Assembly: GCA_015068645.1 (NCBI GenBank)
Contig: SVKD01000003.1
Coordinates: 24,471-88,470 of the forward strand
Length of the DNA: 64,000 bases
Direction of reading: 5' to 3'
Origin: Oscillospiraceae bacterium
GTDB taxonomy: Bacteria; Bacillota; Clostridia; UMGS1840
Under the pieces are notes generated by a model. The model was not told the origin of the DNA, did no database searches, and worked only from the letters and a program-made list of their open reading frames with translations. Of the stretch, positions 17,844 through 26,640 are shown one piece after another. Position 1 is the first letter of the stretch. Every line of letters begins with the position of its first letter. A program made the position numbers and the translations under genes.

Positions 17844-19127
17844 ATGATGAATAACAAACCAAGAACAAACAAACTGAAAAAAATTCTGATAGTCCTGCTA
17901 TGTATTTTAGGAGCACTGCTTGCTGTGTTTCTCGGAATTGTAATAGGCACAAGCCGTCAGAAAACAGAAACCGCAACCTCTAAAACCAATACACCAAGCA
18001 GTCCTCAGACAAAGATAGCTTCTTCCATTTACTATCTGAACGAAAATGAAGAACCCATCCTGTTTAACGACATCAACGATATTTCCTACATCACCGAAAT
18101 CATTGAAAAAGATGCCGCTGCCCTTTTGGCAGAACAAGAAGGACTAAGCGTAAAAGATGCCAAGGAAAAACTCTTCACCGAAGGATACCGAATTATCTCC
18201 ACCGTGGATCCCGAAGTACAAAATGCAATTGACACCGTATATTCCGATCCTAAAAACTTTGTCTCCGACCTGCCGGAGGATAAAGAACATCCTCAAAGCG
18301 CTATTGTGATAATGGATCCCGAGACCGGTTATGTGAAAGGTATTAGCGGCGGTATTGGAAAACGCGCAGGGAAGTACACCTTAAACCGTGCCGTGGAGAC
18401 CTCCCGTCAACCCGGTTCCTGTATATCCCCTCTTGCCGTGTATGCACCGGCAATCGAAGCAGGTTTAATCACTCCGAGTACTGTTGTGGAAGATAAACAA
18501 TTATCCGGATATTCCCCTAGAAACTCTTACAGCGGTTATTACGGCAAAATGTCCGTGCAAAGAGCGGTGGAATTATCCGTTAACACCATTCCCGTGCAGA
18601 TTATTGAAGACTTAGGTTACGAAGAATCCTACAATTTCCTGCGCAACAAATTCCATATCGACAGTATTGTGGAAGATGATAAAAACCCGGCTCTGGCACT
18701 TGGCGGCATCATCGAAGGTATCAACGTTATGGATATGACCGCAGCCTATGCCACCTTTGCTAATGAAGGTATTTATACCAAACCTACCGCTGTACTGGAA
18801 ATTCAGGATCAAGACGGTAACACCATCGTAAAAGCAGAACCTGAAACAACAGTTGCCATGAGTCCGGAAACTGCACAAGCAATGCATCAAATGTTAGTTT
18901 CAGTGGTTGAAAACGGTACCGGTACTGCAGCGCGTATTTCCGGCGTAACAGTAGGCGGTAAAACCGGTTCTACCGACGGTGATAAAGACAGATGGTTTGT
19001 TGGCTACACTCCCAACTATGTGGCGGCAGTATGGTCCGGTTATGATACACCTAAACCCACTTCCTACCCCTACAACCCCGCATTAAAAGGCTGGAAAGCA
19101 GTTATGGATGTGCTTGAACACGAATAG
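17844..19127 (+). CDS. Transpeptidase-only paralog of the upstream class A PBP (GT51 domain deleted; SxxK changed to SCIS)
   Basis: 427 aa with an N-terminal TM segment. It aligns to residues ~60-95 and ~290-640 of the upstream PBP, with long identical stretches. SVN and KTGST are retained, but the SxxK lysine is Ser. Confidence 0.8.
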   Translation: MMNNKPRTNKLKKILIVLLCILGALLAVFLGIVIGTSRQKTETATSKTNTPSSPQTKIASSIYYLNENEEPILFNDINDISYITEIIEKDAAALLAEQEGLSVKDAKEKLFTEGYRIISTVDPEVQNAIDTVYSDPKNFVSDLPEDKEHPQSAIVIMDPETGYVKGISGGIGKRAGKYTLNRAVETSRQPGSCISPLAVYAPAIEAGLITPSTVVEDKQLSGYSPRNSYSGYYGKMSVQRAVELSVNTIPVQIIEDLGYEESYNFLRNKFHIDSIVEDDKNPALALGGIIEGINVMDMTAAYATFANEGIYTKPTAVLEIQDQDGNTIVKAEPETTVAMSPETAQAMHQMLVSVVENGTGTAARISGVTVGGKTGSTDGDKDRWFVGYTPNYVAAVWSGYDTPKPTSYPYNPALKGWKAVMDVLEHE

Positions 19128-19155
19128 CAAATTTTTTCAATAAAATATTACACAA

Positions 19156-19190
19156 CAAAAAACAGTATGCATTTTGCATACTGTTTTTTT
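19156..19190. terminator. Bidirectional rho-independent terminator (PBP paralog / hisD)
   Basis: aaaaaacagtatgca / tgcatactgttttttt. Confidence 0.8.
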
Positions 19191-19236
19191 ATGGAAATAA
19201 GTTTGGCGCCATTTTCTATCCAATATTCGAAACGAA

Positions 19237-19349
19237 GAAAAATGGATGCAGAATTCGGAAATCGAATCAAGGAAAAGCCTTGACAAGCCCGAAGCCGTAC
19301 CGAGTGTACGGCGAGTGGTGAGATTCACGGATTATGCACCATTTTTCAA
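19237..19349 (-). repeat. Family B structured element (copy after hisD)
   Basis: Highly similar to 4321-4433. It starts 6 nt after the hisD stop codon in the sense of the gene. Confidence 0.75.
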
Positions 19350-19355
19350 GTTTAG

Positions 19356-20651
19356 CTAGAGAGGTCTCTTTCTTACTGCCATTGCATGTGCCGCAAAGCC
19401 CTCCAACTCCGCAAAGTTTCCGGCTTTGTCTTTTACGGAGATGAAGCCGTCTTTGGTTACGTAACCGAAAGAAGAACGTTTCATAAAGTCTAACACACCA
19501 ACGGAAGAATAGGTTTTTGCAAAACCGCCGGTGGGTAAGATAGCGTTGGGACCCATTAAGAAGTTACACAAGGTAACGGGAGTCCATTCGCCTAACAGGA
19601 TTTCTCCTGCATTTTTGATTTGGGGAAGCACGTCAAAAGGTTTTTCACAAAGCACTTCCATATGTTCGGGAGCATATTCGTTCACAAAAGCAACGGACTG
19701 CTCAAAGTTATCGGTAATAATTGCACCGCCGTAGGTGGATAAGTTGGTGTTGATAAAGTTCTGACGCAGCTCCGGCAGTTCTTTGATATATTCGGTTGCC
19801 AACGCACACACTTCGTGCACAAATGCTTCGTTGTGACATACTAACAGTGCCGCAGAGTCAGGACCGTGTTCGGCTTCGATTAACCAGTCCAACGCTGCTT
19901 TTTTGGGGTCGGTGGAATCATCACACAAAATGATGGATTCGCTGGGACCTGCCGGCAGACCGGTATCAATGTAGTTTGCCAGCACACGTTTTGCCGCGGT
20001 GGCAAAAGCGTTACCGGGACCGATTACTTTTCTGGTTTTCGGAATGGTTTCGGTACCGAATGCAACTGCTGCAATCGCCTGAATACCGCCAACTTTAAAA
20101 ATTTCGGTGATTCCTAACAGTTTTGCCGCAGTTAAGATGGCATCGTCCACTTTTCCTTCTTTATTGGGAGGAGTTACCACCACGATTTTTTCCACCCCTG
20201 CAACCACAGCAGGAACACCCAGCATCAAAAGCACGGAAGGGAAACTTCCTTTTCCACCGGGCACATACAGGCAAACGCTTTCAATGGGAGTGGTTTTTTC
20301 TCCGGCGATAATGCCTTTATCCACCTCGGTCATCCACATTTCTTCGGGTTTCTGTTTTTCGTGGAAATTTTTGATATTGTTGTATGCATAGGTAATAGCT
20401 TCTTTGGAGGTAGCATCAATACGATTGTATGCTTCCTCAATTTCTTCGACTGAAACTTTCATCGTTTCAGAAGTTAAAGCAATTTTATCAAATTTTTCGG
20501 TATATTTTAATACCGCTTTGTCTCCGTTTTCTTTCACGTCCCAAGAAACTTCTTTCGCCACATCCATATAGGCTGTAATATCAATTTCAGCACGTTTTAA
20601 GATGAACTCTTTTTTTTCGGGAGTGAGTTCACTGTATTTATAGATATTCAT
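19356..20651 (-). CDS. hisD: Histidinol dehydrogenase
   Basis: GPGNAFATAAKR, EAEHGPDSAALLV and overall length fit HisD. Start set to MNIYKYSEL (ATG 20649-20651). Confidence 0.85.
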   Translation of the reverse strand: MNIYKYSELTPEKKEFILKRAEIDITAYMDVAKEVSWDVKENGDKAVLKYTEKFDKIALTSETMKVSVEEIEEAYNRIDATSKEAITYAYNNIKNFHEKQKPEEMWMTEVDKGIIAGEKTTPIESVCLYVPGGKGSFPSVLLMLGVPAVVAGVEKIVVVTPPNKEGKVDDAILTAAKLLGITEIFKVGGIQAIAAVAFGTETIPKTRKVIGPGNAFATAAKRVLANYIDTGLPAGPSESIILCDDSTDPKKAALDWLIEAEHGPDSAALLVCHNEAFVHEVCALATEYIKELPELRQNFINTNLSTYGGAIITDNFEQSVAFVNEYAPEHMEVLCEKPFDVLPQIKNAGEILLGEWTPVTLCNFLMGPNAILPTGGFAKTYSSVGVLDFMKRSSFGYVTKDGFISVKDKAGNFAELEGFAAHAMAVRKRPL

Positions 20652-20675
20652 AGAAAAGCTCCTAAAAATCAAAAA

Positions 20676-21260
20676 TTAAACTTTTAAATTACGGCTGCCG
20701 GGTTTTACCAGAGGCAGTTTACCTTCTTTACAGATGGGGCAGTTTTCGGGTTCAAAGGATTCCACAGCCATAGATAAAACGGAATAGTAAGGAACGCCGA
20801 AATCAATCTGTCCGCCGGTTCTGTCCACGATGGAACCAACACCGCAAACGATACCGCCTGCTTCCTGAATGAGTTTGATTACTTCTTTTACGGAACCGCC
20901 GGTGGTAACAACATCTTCCACTACTAAAACTTTCTGACCTTTTTCCACACCAAAGCTTCTGCGGAAGGTCATTTCGCCGTTTTCTCTTTCTGCAAAAATG
21001 TTGGGAACATTCAAATGACGGGACACTTCGTAAGACATTAAGATTGCACCGATTGCAGGTCCGCAAACGATGTCAGGTTTATTTTCGCCCAAACGGTCTG
21101 CCAGTTCTTTGCAGAGCAGTTCGGAAAGTTTTGCATCTTTAAAGATTTTTGCACACTGCAAGTATCTGTTGGAATGACGTCCGGAAGTCAGTAAGAAATG
21201 GCCTTCCAGTAACACGCCTGCTTCTTTTAACAGTTCCAATGCTTTTTCGTTGGTAATCAT
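20676..21260 (-). CDS. pyrE: Orotate phosphoribosyltransferase
   Basis: The PRPP-binding loop VLVVEDVVTTGGS and the N-terminus LLEGHFLLTSGRHSNRYLQC are typical of PyrE. Start set to MITNEKAL. Confidence 0.85.
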   Translation of the reverse strand: MITNEKALELLKEAGVLLEGHFLLTSGRHSNRYLQCAKIFKDAKLSELLCKELADRLGENKPDIVCGPAIGAILMSYEVSRHLNVPNIFAERENGEMTFRRSFGVEKGQKVLVVEDVVTTGGSVKEVIKLIQEAGGIVCGVGSIVDRTGGQIDFGVPYYSVLSMAVESFEPENCPICKEGKLPLVKPGSRNLKV

Positions 21261-21504
21261 AGTATCAATTCCTTTCTTTATGCCACACAAATTGTGTTAT
21301 TTATAAAAATTCACCGCGAATTCTACGATAATTCATTCTATTATATCACACTTTTTTATAAAATGCTAGAGTTTTTTTGAATTTTTATAATTTTTTCAGG
21401 AATTTTATGAGAATTTTTACATTTTTTTGAAATTATCATAATTTGCTTGATTTTTTCCTATGAAGTATAGTATAATGGAAAAGCAAAAAAGGAGGTGTGC
21501 CCCT

Positions 21505-21954
21505 GTGAAATGCCCGTACTGCGGATTCGGGGAGAGCAAAGTAATAGATTCCAGACGGTTAGAGGAAACCAATTCCATCAAACGCCGTCGGGAATGTTTA
21601 TCCTGCGAAAAACGTTTTTCCACCTACGAAAGAGTGGAACTGGCACCCTTGGTGGTCATCAAAAAAAATAAAGATCGTGAGCAGTTTGACCGGCAAAAAC
21701 TTCTTCGGGGAATTATGCATGCCTGCGAAAAACGTCCTGTATCCATTGATACGATGGAAAAACTGGTATCCGAAGTAGAAACCACGCTAAATAACGAGCT
21801 GATGCAAGAAGTGGAAAGCGAACGAATCGGGGAACTGGTGATGGACAAATTAAAAGAGGTGGACGAAGTTGCCTATGTTCGTTTTGCCTCGGTTTACCGT
21901 CAGTTTCGTGATATCAACACGTTTATGGAAGAATTGCAGAAACTTCTGAAATAA
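21505..21954 (+). CDS. nrdR: Transcriptional repressor NrdR
   Basis: GTG start after AGGAGGTG gives [17 protein letters not shown]...[12 protein letters not shown] (zinc ribbon) followed by an ATP-cone. Confidence 0.9.
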   Translation: MKCPYCGFGESKVIDSRRLEETNSIKRRRECLSCEKRFSTYERVELAPLVVIKKNKDREQFDRQKLLRGIMHACEKRPVSIDTMEKLVSEVETTLNNELMQEVESERIGELVMDKLKEVDEVAYVRFASVYRQFRDINTFMEELQKLLK

Positions 21955-21989
21955 TTTTTGGAAGGATTAGTTGTATGGAACCAAATCAC

Positions 21990-23048
21990 ATGAAAAAAAT
22001 CGGAGTCGGAATGAGCGGCGGTGTGGATTCTTCCGTTTGTGCCGTACTCCTGCAAGAAGCAGGCTACGAGGTATCCGGAATTACCATGCTTTTGCACGGT
22101 GGCTGTGCAGATGAAAAAATTTGCGGTTCCTCCTCAGATATTGAAGATGCCAGAGCAGTTGCCCACCGTTTGGGAATCCCCTTGCACATGTGCGACCAAA
22201 GAAGAAATTTTGAAACGCAGGTCATAGAGCGGTTTTCCCAAAGCTATGAGCTGGCCGAAACACCAAACCCCTGCATTCTCTGCAACCGCTATATGAAATT
22301 TGATGCCATGCTGGAGGAAGCACTTGCCTTAGGGTTAGACGGCATCGCCACCGGTCACTATGCCCGTGTGGAATACGATGAGAAATCGGGACGCTATCTC
22401 TTAAAGAAAGCTTTGGATGAAAGTAAAGACCAAAGCTATGTGCTTTATTCTCTGACCCAGCATCAACTTTCTCACACCCTATTCCCTCTGGGGAATTTAG
22501 AAAAAACCAAGGTCAGAGAAATAGCAGAGGAAAAAGAATTAAAAAACGCTCACAAAAAAGAAAGTCAGGACATCTGCTTCGTGCCTGACGGAGACTATGC
22601 GGCATTTATCCAACGTTATCGGGGCGTGTCATTCCCCGAAGGAAATTTTGTGGATAAAGACGGAAAAATTCTGGGAAAACATAAAGGCATTATTCATTAC
22701 ACTATCGGTCAACGAAAGGGACTGGGCTTATCCTTCCCCTGCCCTATGTATGTGATTGCCAAGGATTTAGCCACCAACACCGTTATGTTAGGTCCCATTG
22801 ACCAACTTTATCAAACCACTTTCCTGGCAACCGATATCAACCTGATATCCATTGATAAAATGGAAGGAGAACTGCAGGTTCTCGCTAAAATCCGATACAA
22901 TCAGAAAGAACAACCTGCAATCGCCAGACAAATCGATGAAAATACCATAGAAATTAAATTCTTGGAACCTCAGAAAGCCATCACCAAAGGGCAAGCCGTT
23001 GTGCTGTATGACGGTGATACCGTGATAGGCGGAGGAACCATTCTATAA
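21990..23048 (+). CDS. mnmA: tRNA 2-thiouridine(34) synthase
   Basis: PP-loop GMSGGVDSS, TPNPCILCN and the overall MnmA layout. Confidence 0.9.
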   Translation: MKKIGVGMSGGVDSSVCAVLLQEAGYEVSGITMLLHGGCADEKICGSSSDIEDARAVAHRLGIPLHMCDQRRNFETQVIERFSQSYELAETPNPCILCNRYMKFDAMLEEALALGLDGIATGHYARVEYDEKSGRYLLKKALDESKDQSYVLYSLTQHQLSHTLFPLGNLEKTKVREIAEEKELKNAHKKESQDICFVPDGDYAAFIQRYRGVSFPEGNFVDKDGKILGKHKGIIHYTIGQRKGLGLSFPCPMYVIAKDLATNTVMLGPIDQLYQTTFLATDINLISIDKMEGELQVLAKIRYNQKEQPAIARQIDENTIEIKFLEPQKAITKGQAVVLYDGDTVIGGGTIL

Positions 23049-23083
23049 CAAACTCACAAACAAAAGAAAGAGAGGAATCCCCT

Positions 23084-23500
23084 ATGAAACAGTTTAAAAA
23101 AATCATTGCCGTAATTGCGGCTCTGTCAATCCTGCTCACCGTATCCGTTCTGGCATCAGGAGATGACCCGGTAATTTCCTTAAGCTATTTAAGCGAAATC
23201 TTTATGCCGAAGGTAGAAAAGAAAATTGCAGAAAACTCCGTATTCAACGTAGTAACCGTGGACAGTGGTAAAACCTTTGTGGCAGGTGCCGGTTGTGAAT
23301 TCATTATCCGTTCCGGTGAGGCTGTTGTAAACTCTTCCGCTCAGGGTGGTCTGGCAGACACTACTGCAGGTATGGACTTAACTCAGGGTATCAGAATCCC
23401 CTTAAACCATCTGTTAATCGCTCCTCGTGATGACGGCAGGGGTTTTGTTGCTGTTTCCAATACCATTATTATGGTAAAAGGTAGCTACGAAGTTCGATAA
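23084..23500 (+). CDS. Secreted hypothetical protein
   Basis: 138 aa with a signal peptide and a good RBS (GAGAGGAA). No family recognised. Confidence 0.5.
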   Translation: MKQFKKIIAVIAALSILLTVSVLASGDDPVISLSYLSEIFMPKVEKKIAENSVFNVVTVDSGKTFVAGAGCEFIIRSGEAVVNSSAQGGLADTTAGMDLTQGIRIPLNHLLIAPRDDGRGFVAVSNTIIMVKGSYEVR

Positions 23501-23583
23501 TGTTTAAAATCTTATAAATTTTACTTGTAAAAATCCAAAGTTTGTGGTAAACTAGTATTGCGCATTGAAAAAAACGTTATGCA

Positions 23584-23656
23584 AAAATAAGAACCCGACC
23601 CGATGACGCAATCAAAGATTGCGGTCGGGTGCCCCGGAACCTTGTTGTATTCACAA
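23584..23656 (+). repeat. Family A repeat, copy 2
   Basis: Identical to copy 1. Confidence 0.9.
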
Positions 23657-23660
23657 TAAA

Positions 23661-23848
23661 AATCCTGCCGTTCGCGTCAGCCGGGTATTTATTAGAACCA
23701 ACACATTTTATAAGGGAGCCCATCTCCTCTCGTCAATTGTAGGCCCACCGCCGTTTTCGGCCGTATGGGGAACGTGCGACTGAGGGTAAGCACCCACCTG
23801 CACATGCAGGTTTCTAATATTATCTTCGGGCAACGGCTCGGCGGGATT
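23661..23848 (+). ncRNA. Candidate structured ncRNA, 6S-like architecture (unverified)
   Basis: 10-bp closing helix aatcctgccg (23661-70) / cggcgggatt (23839-48). Further helices agccg/cggct and attagaacc/ggtttctaat. Apical hairpin gccg-tttt-cggc, and a small hairpin acctgcacatgcaggt on the 3' side of a central loop. Followed by its own terminator and then a separate glyA promoter. Confidence 0.35.
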
Positions 23849-23858
23849 CCAATAGTTT

Positions 23859-23897
23859 AAAAAAATCGCATGAATTTATGTTCTTGCGATTTTTTTA
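23859..23897 (+). terminator. Rho-independent terminator ending the candidate ncRNA
   Basis: atcgca (23865-70) / tgcgat (23885-90), then TTTTTTT. Confidence 0.65.
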
Positions 23898-23930
23898 TAA
23901 AATGGCGAACAACTTTTTTTGAAAAAAGAC

Positions 23931-23959
23931 TTGTCAAACAACGGATTCTATTGTATACT
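23931..23959 (+). promoter_or_regulatory. Sigma-A type promoter for glyA
   Basis: TTGTCA, 17 nt, TATACT. Confidence 0.55.
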
Positions 23960-24006
23960 ATAATTAGTAAAAATTATGCTATCATCAGGAAGAGAGGACA
24001 CAAATT

Positions 24007-25245
24007 ATGGAATTTACCAACATCATCAGAAAAACAGACTCCAAAGTGGCAGATGCCATTGAAAGAGAAGTAAAAAGACAGCGCTCCAAAATTGAACTGA
24101 TTGCCTCCGAAAACTTTGTTTCCGAAGCAGTACTGCAGGCAGTTGGCTCTCCCTTAACCAATAAATATGCAGAAGGATATCCCGGCAGACGTTACTACGG
24201 CGGTTGTGAATGTGTAGACATTGTGGAAGATATCGCAAGAGACCGTGCAAAAGCAATCTTTGGTTGTGACCATGCAAACGTGCAGCCTCATTCCGGTGCC
24301 AATGCAAACACCGCAGTATATTTTGCAATGTTAGAACCCGGTGATACCATCTTAGGTATGAGCTTGGCACACGGCGGTCACTTAAGCCACGGCAGCCCTG
24401 TAAACATCTCCGGTAAATATTTTAATATCGTTTCCTACGGTGTTGATGATGATACTCACACGATTGATTACGATAAAGTAAGAGAATTAGCATTGGAACA
24501 TAAACCCAAAATGATTGTGGCTGGTGCATCCGCATACCCCAGAATCATTGATTTTCCCAAATTCAGAGAAATCGCCGACGAAGTGGGTGCATACTTAATG
24601 GTAGATATCGCTCACATTGCAGGCTTAGTTGCAGCAGGGTTACATCCCAGCCCGGTTCCCTATGCAGATTTTGTTACCACCACTACCCACAAAACCTTAA
24701 GAGGTCCCCGCGGCGGTATGATTATGTGTAAGGAAGAATACGCCAAAGCAATTGACAAAGCAATCTTCCCCGGCCTGCAGGGTGGTCCTTTAATGCATGT
24801 TATCGCAGGCAAAGCGGTAGCCTTCGGCGAAGCTTTAACTCACGAATTTAAAGAATATCAGAAACGCATCATTGAGAATGCAAAAGCGATGGCAGATGCA
24901 TTCTTAGAAGAGGGCATTGACTTGGTTTCCGGCGGTACCGATAACCACTTAATGCTCTTAGATTTAAGAAAATTAAATGTTACCGGGAAAGATGCAGAAC
25001 ACAACTTAGACGAAGTGGGTATCACCGTTAACAAAAACGCTATTCCTAACGATCCCCAGTCTCCCTTCATCACCAGCGGTATCCGTATTGGTACTGCAGC
25101 AGTGACCACTAGAGGTATGGGCGTGGAAGATATGAAAACCATCGCACACTTAATTGCTTTAACCTTAAAAGACTTTGAAGGCAATAAAATGATGGTGCAA
25201 AAAGGCGTTGCAGATTTAGTTGCAAAATACAAACTGTATGAATAA
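24007..25245 (+). CDS. glyA: Serine hydroxymethyltransferase
   Basis: Full-length SHMT, with the PLP-lysine region [14 protein letters not shown]. Confidence 0.95.
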   Translation: MEFTNIIRKTDSKVADAIEREVKRQRSKIELIASENFVSEAVLQAVGSPLTNKYAEGYPGRRYYGGCECVDIVEDIARDRAKAIFGCDHANVQPHSGANANTAVYFAMLEPGDTILGMSLAHGGHLSHGSPVNISGKYFNIVSYGVDDDTHTIDYDKVRELALEHKPKMIVAGASAYPRIIDFPKFREIADEVGAYLMVDIAHIAGLVAAGLHPSPVPYADFVTTTTHKTLRGPRGGMIMCKEEYAKAIDKAIFPGLQGGPLMHVIAGKAVAFGEALTHEFKEYQKRIIENAKAMADAFLEEGIDLVSGGTDNHLMLLDLRKLNVTGKDAEHNLDEVGITVNKNAIPNDPQSPFITSGIRIGTAAVTTRGMGVEDMKTIAHLIALTLKDFEGNKMMVQKGVADLVAKYKLYE

Positions 25246-26533
25246 GCCGTTAGCAGACAGATTACGACCCCAAACACTCACCGACGTTGTCGGACAAAGG
25301 CATCTCCTCTCCGAGGGGATGCCTGTTTTTGCTGTGTTGGAACGCTCCAAGCAAGCGGGAATGAGCCTGCCCAATATGATTTTTTACGGACCTTCCGGCA
25401 CAGGAAAAACCACGGTTGCCAATCTGATTGCAAAAAACATCAATAAAAAACTGTATAAATTAAACGCCACCAACGCCTCAGTTGCCGATATTAAATCCAT
25501 TATTGCAGATTTAGACGGTTTTGAAGCCCAAAACGGCGTGGTCTTATACTTAGACGAAATTCAGAATTTCAATAAGAAGCAACAGCAATCCTTATTGGAA
25601 TATGTGGAAAAAGGAGACATCACCTTAATCGCCTCCACCACCGAGAATCCCTATTTTTATATTTATAATGCCCTCTTATCCCGATGCACCGTGTTCGAAT
25701 TTAAAGAGCTGTCTGATGAGGATATCAAAGGAGCAGTAATTCGTGCAGTTTCCATTCTGCAGGAAGATATGGCAATCACTTTTTCAGAGGATGCCATCTC
25801 TCATATTGCCACCACTTCGGGCGGTGATTGCAGAAAAGCTTTAAACACCGTGGAAATGTGTTCCATGATTGCAAAAATGGACAAAGACGGTACCATAGCG
25901 GTTACCTTAGAAGATGTGGAACGTACCACCTCCAAAAAAGCATTTCGTTACGATAAAGATGGCGACAGTCACTACGATGTGCTCTCTGCCTTGCAGAAAT
26001 CCATCCGTGGAAGCGATCCTGATGCAGCTCTTCACTACTTGGCAAGACTCATCGCAGGCGGTGACCTGATTTCCATTTGCAGAAGAATTCAGGTAATGGC
26101 GTCCGAAGACATCGGTCTTGCCTATCCTCAGGCGGTTTCCATTGTGAAATCCTGCGTGGATGCGGCATTCCAGTTAGGATTCCCGGAAGCACGTCTTCCT
26201 TTGGCACAAGCGGTTATTTTACTGGCAACGGCTCCCAAATCCAACTCCGTAATTATGAGTATTGATGCGGCATTATCCGATGTGGAACATTCCCACACGG
26301 GGGACATTCCCGCCCATTTAAAAGACGGTCATTATGCCGGTGCGAAAAAGCTGGGACACGCCCAGGGGTATCAATATCCCCATAATTACCCCAATCACTA
26401 TGTAGCCCAACAGTATTTGCCCGATGAAATTATGGACAAAAGCTACTATTTCCCTTGCGATAATAAATTTGAAAACGAAATCCAAAATTACGCAAAAAAA
26501 ATAGATGCTCTCTGGTCCAAAAAGAAAAGATAG
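25238..26533 (+). CDS. rarA: Replication-associated recombination protein A (AAA+ ATPase)
   Basis: [16 protein letters not shown], Walker [10 protein letters not shown] and a MgsA C-terminal domain. The ATG overlaps the glyA stop (atgaataa). Confidence 0.9.
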   Translation: MNKPLADRLRPQTLTDVVGQRHLLSEGMPVFAVLERSKQAGMSLPNMIFYGPSGTGKTTVANLIAKNINKKLYKLNATNASVADIKSIIADLDGFEAQNGVVLYLDEIQNFNKKQQQSLLEYVEKGDITLIASTTENPYFYIYNALLSRCTVFEFKELSDEDIKGAVIRAVSILQEDMAITFSEDAISHIATTSGGDCRKALNTVEMCSMIAKMDKDGTIAVTLEDVERTTSKKAFRYDKDGDSHYDVLSALQKSIRGSDPDAALHYLARLIAGGDLISICRRIQVMASEDIGLAYPQAVSIVKSCVDAAFQLGFPEARLPLAQAVILLATAPKSNSVIMSIDAALSDVEHSHTGDIPAHLKDGHYAGAKKLGHAQGYQYPHNYPNHYVAQQYLPDEIMDKSYYFPCDNKFENEIQNYAKKIDALWSKKKR

Positions 26534-26606
26534 AAAATAAGAACCCGACCCGATGACGCAATCAAAGATTGCGGTCGGGTGCCCCGGAACCTTGTTGTAT
26601 TCACAA
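26534..26606 (+). repeat. Family A repeat, copy 3 (starts 1 nt after the rarA stop codon)
   Basis: Identical to copies 1 and 2. Confidence 0.9.
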
Positions 26607-26640
26607 AAAAAACGGTATCAAAAGATACCGTTTTTTTTAT
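26605..26640. terminator. Bidirectional terminator between rarA and polA
   Basis: aaaaaaaacggtatc / gataccgtttttttt. Confidence 0.8.

Noticed and set aside
19137-19328. 63-aa minus-strand ORF between the PBP paralog and hisD
   Set aside because: It is composed of the family B element and the terminator hairpin. Related sequence at 4321-4433 is not in a conserved frame.
23661-23850. Riboswitch or T-box controlling glyA (ZTP/pfl, THF, glycine, T-box)
   Set aside because: I could not find the conserved cores (for example CCGCCUGGGC for ZTP, or the T-box GGUGGUACC). The element is also separated from glyA by its own terminator and a fresh promoter, which argues for an independent RNA.
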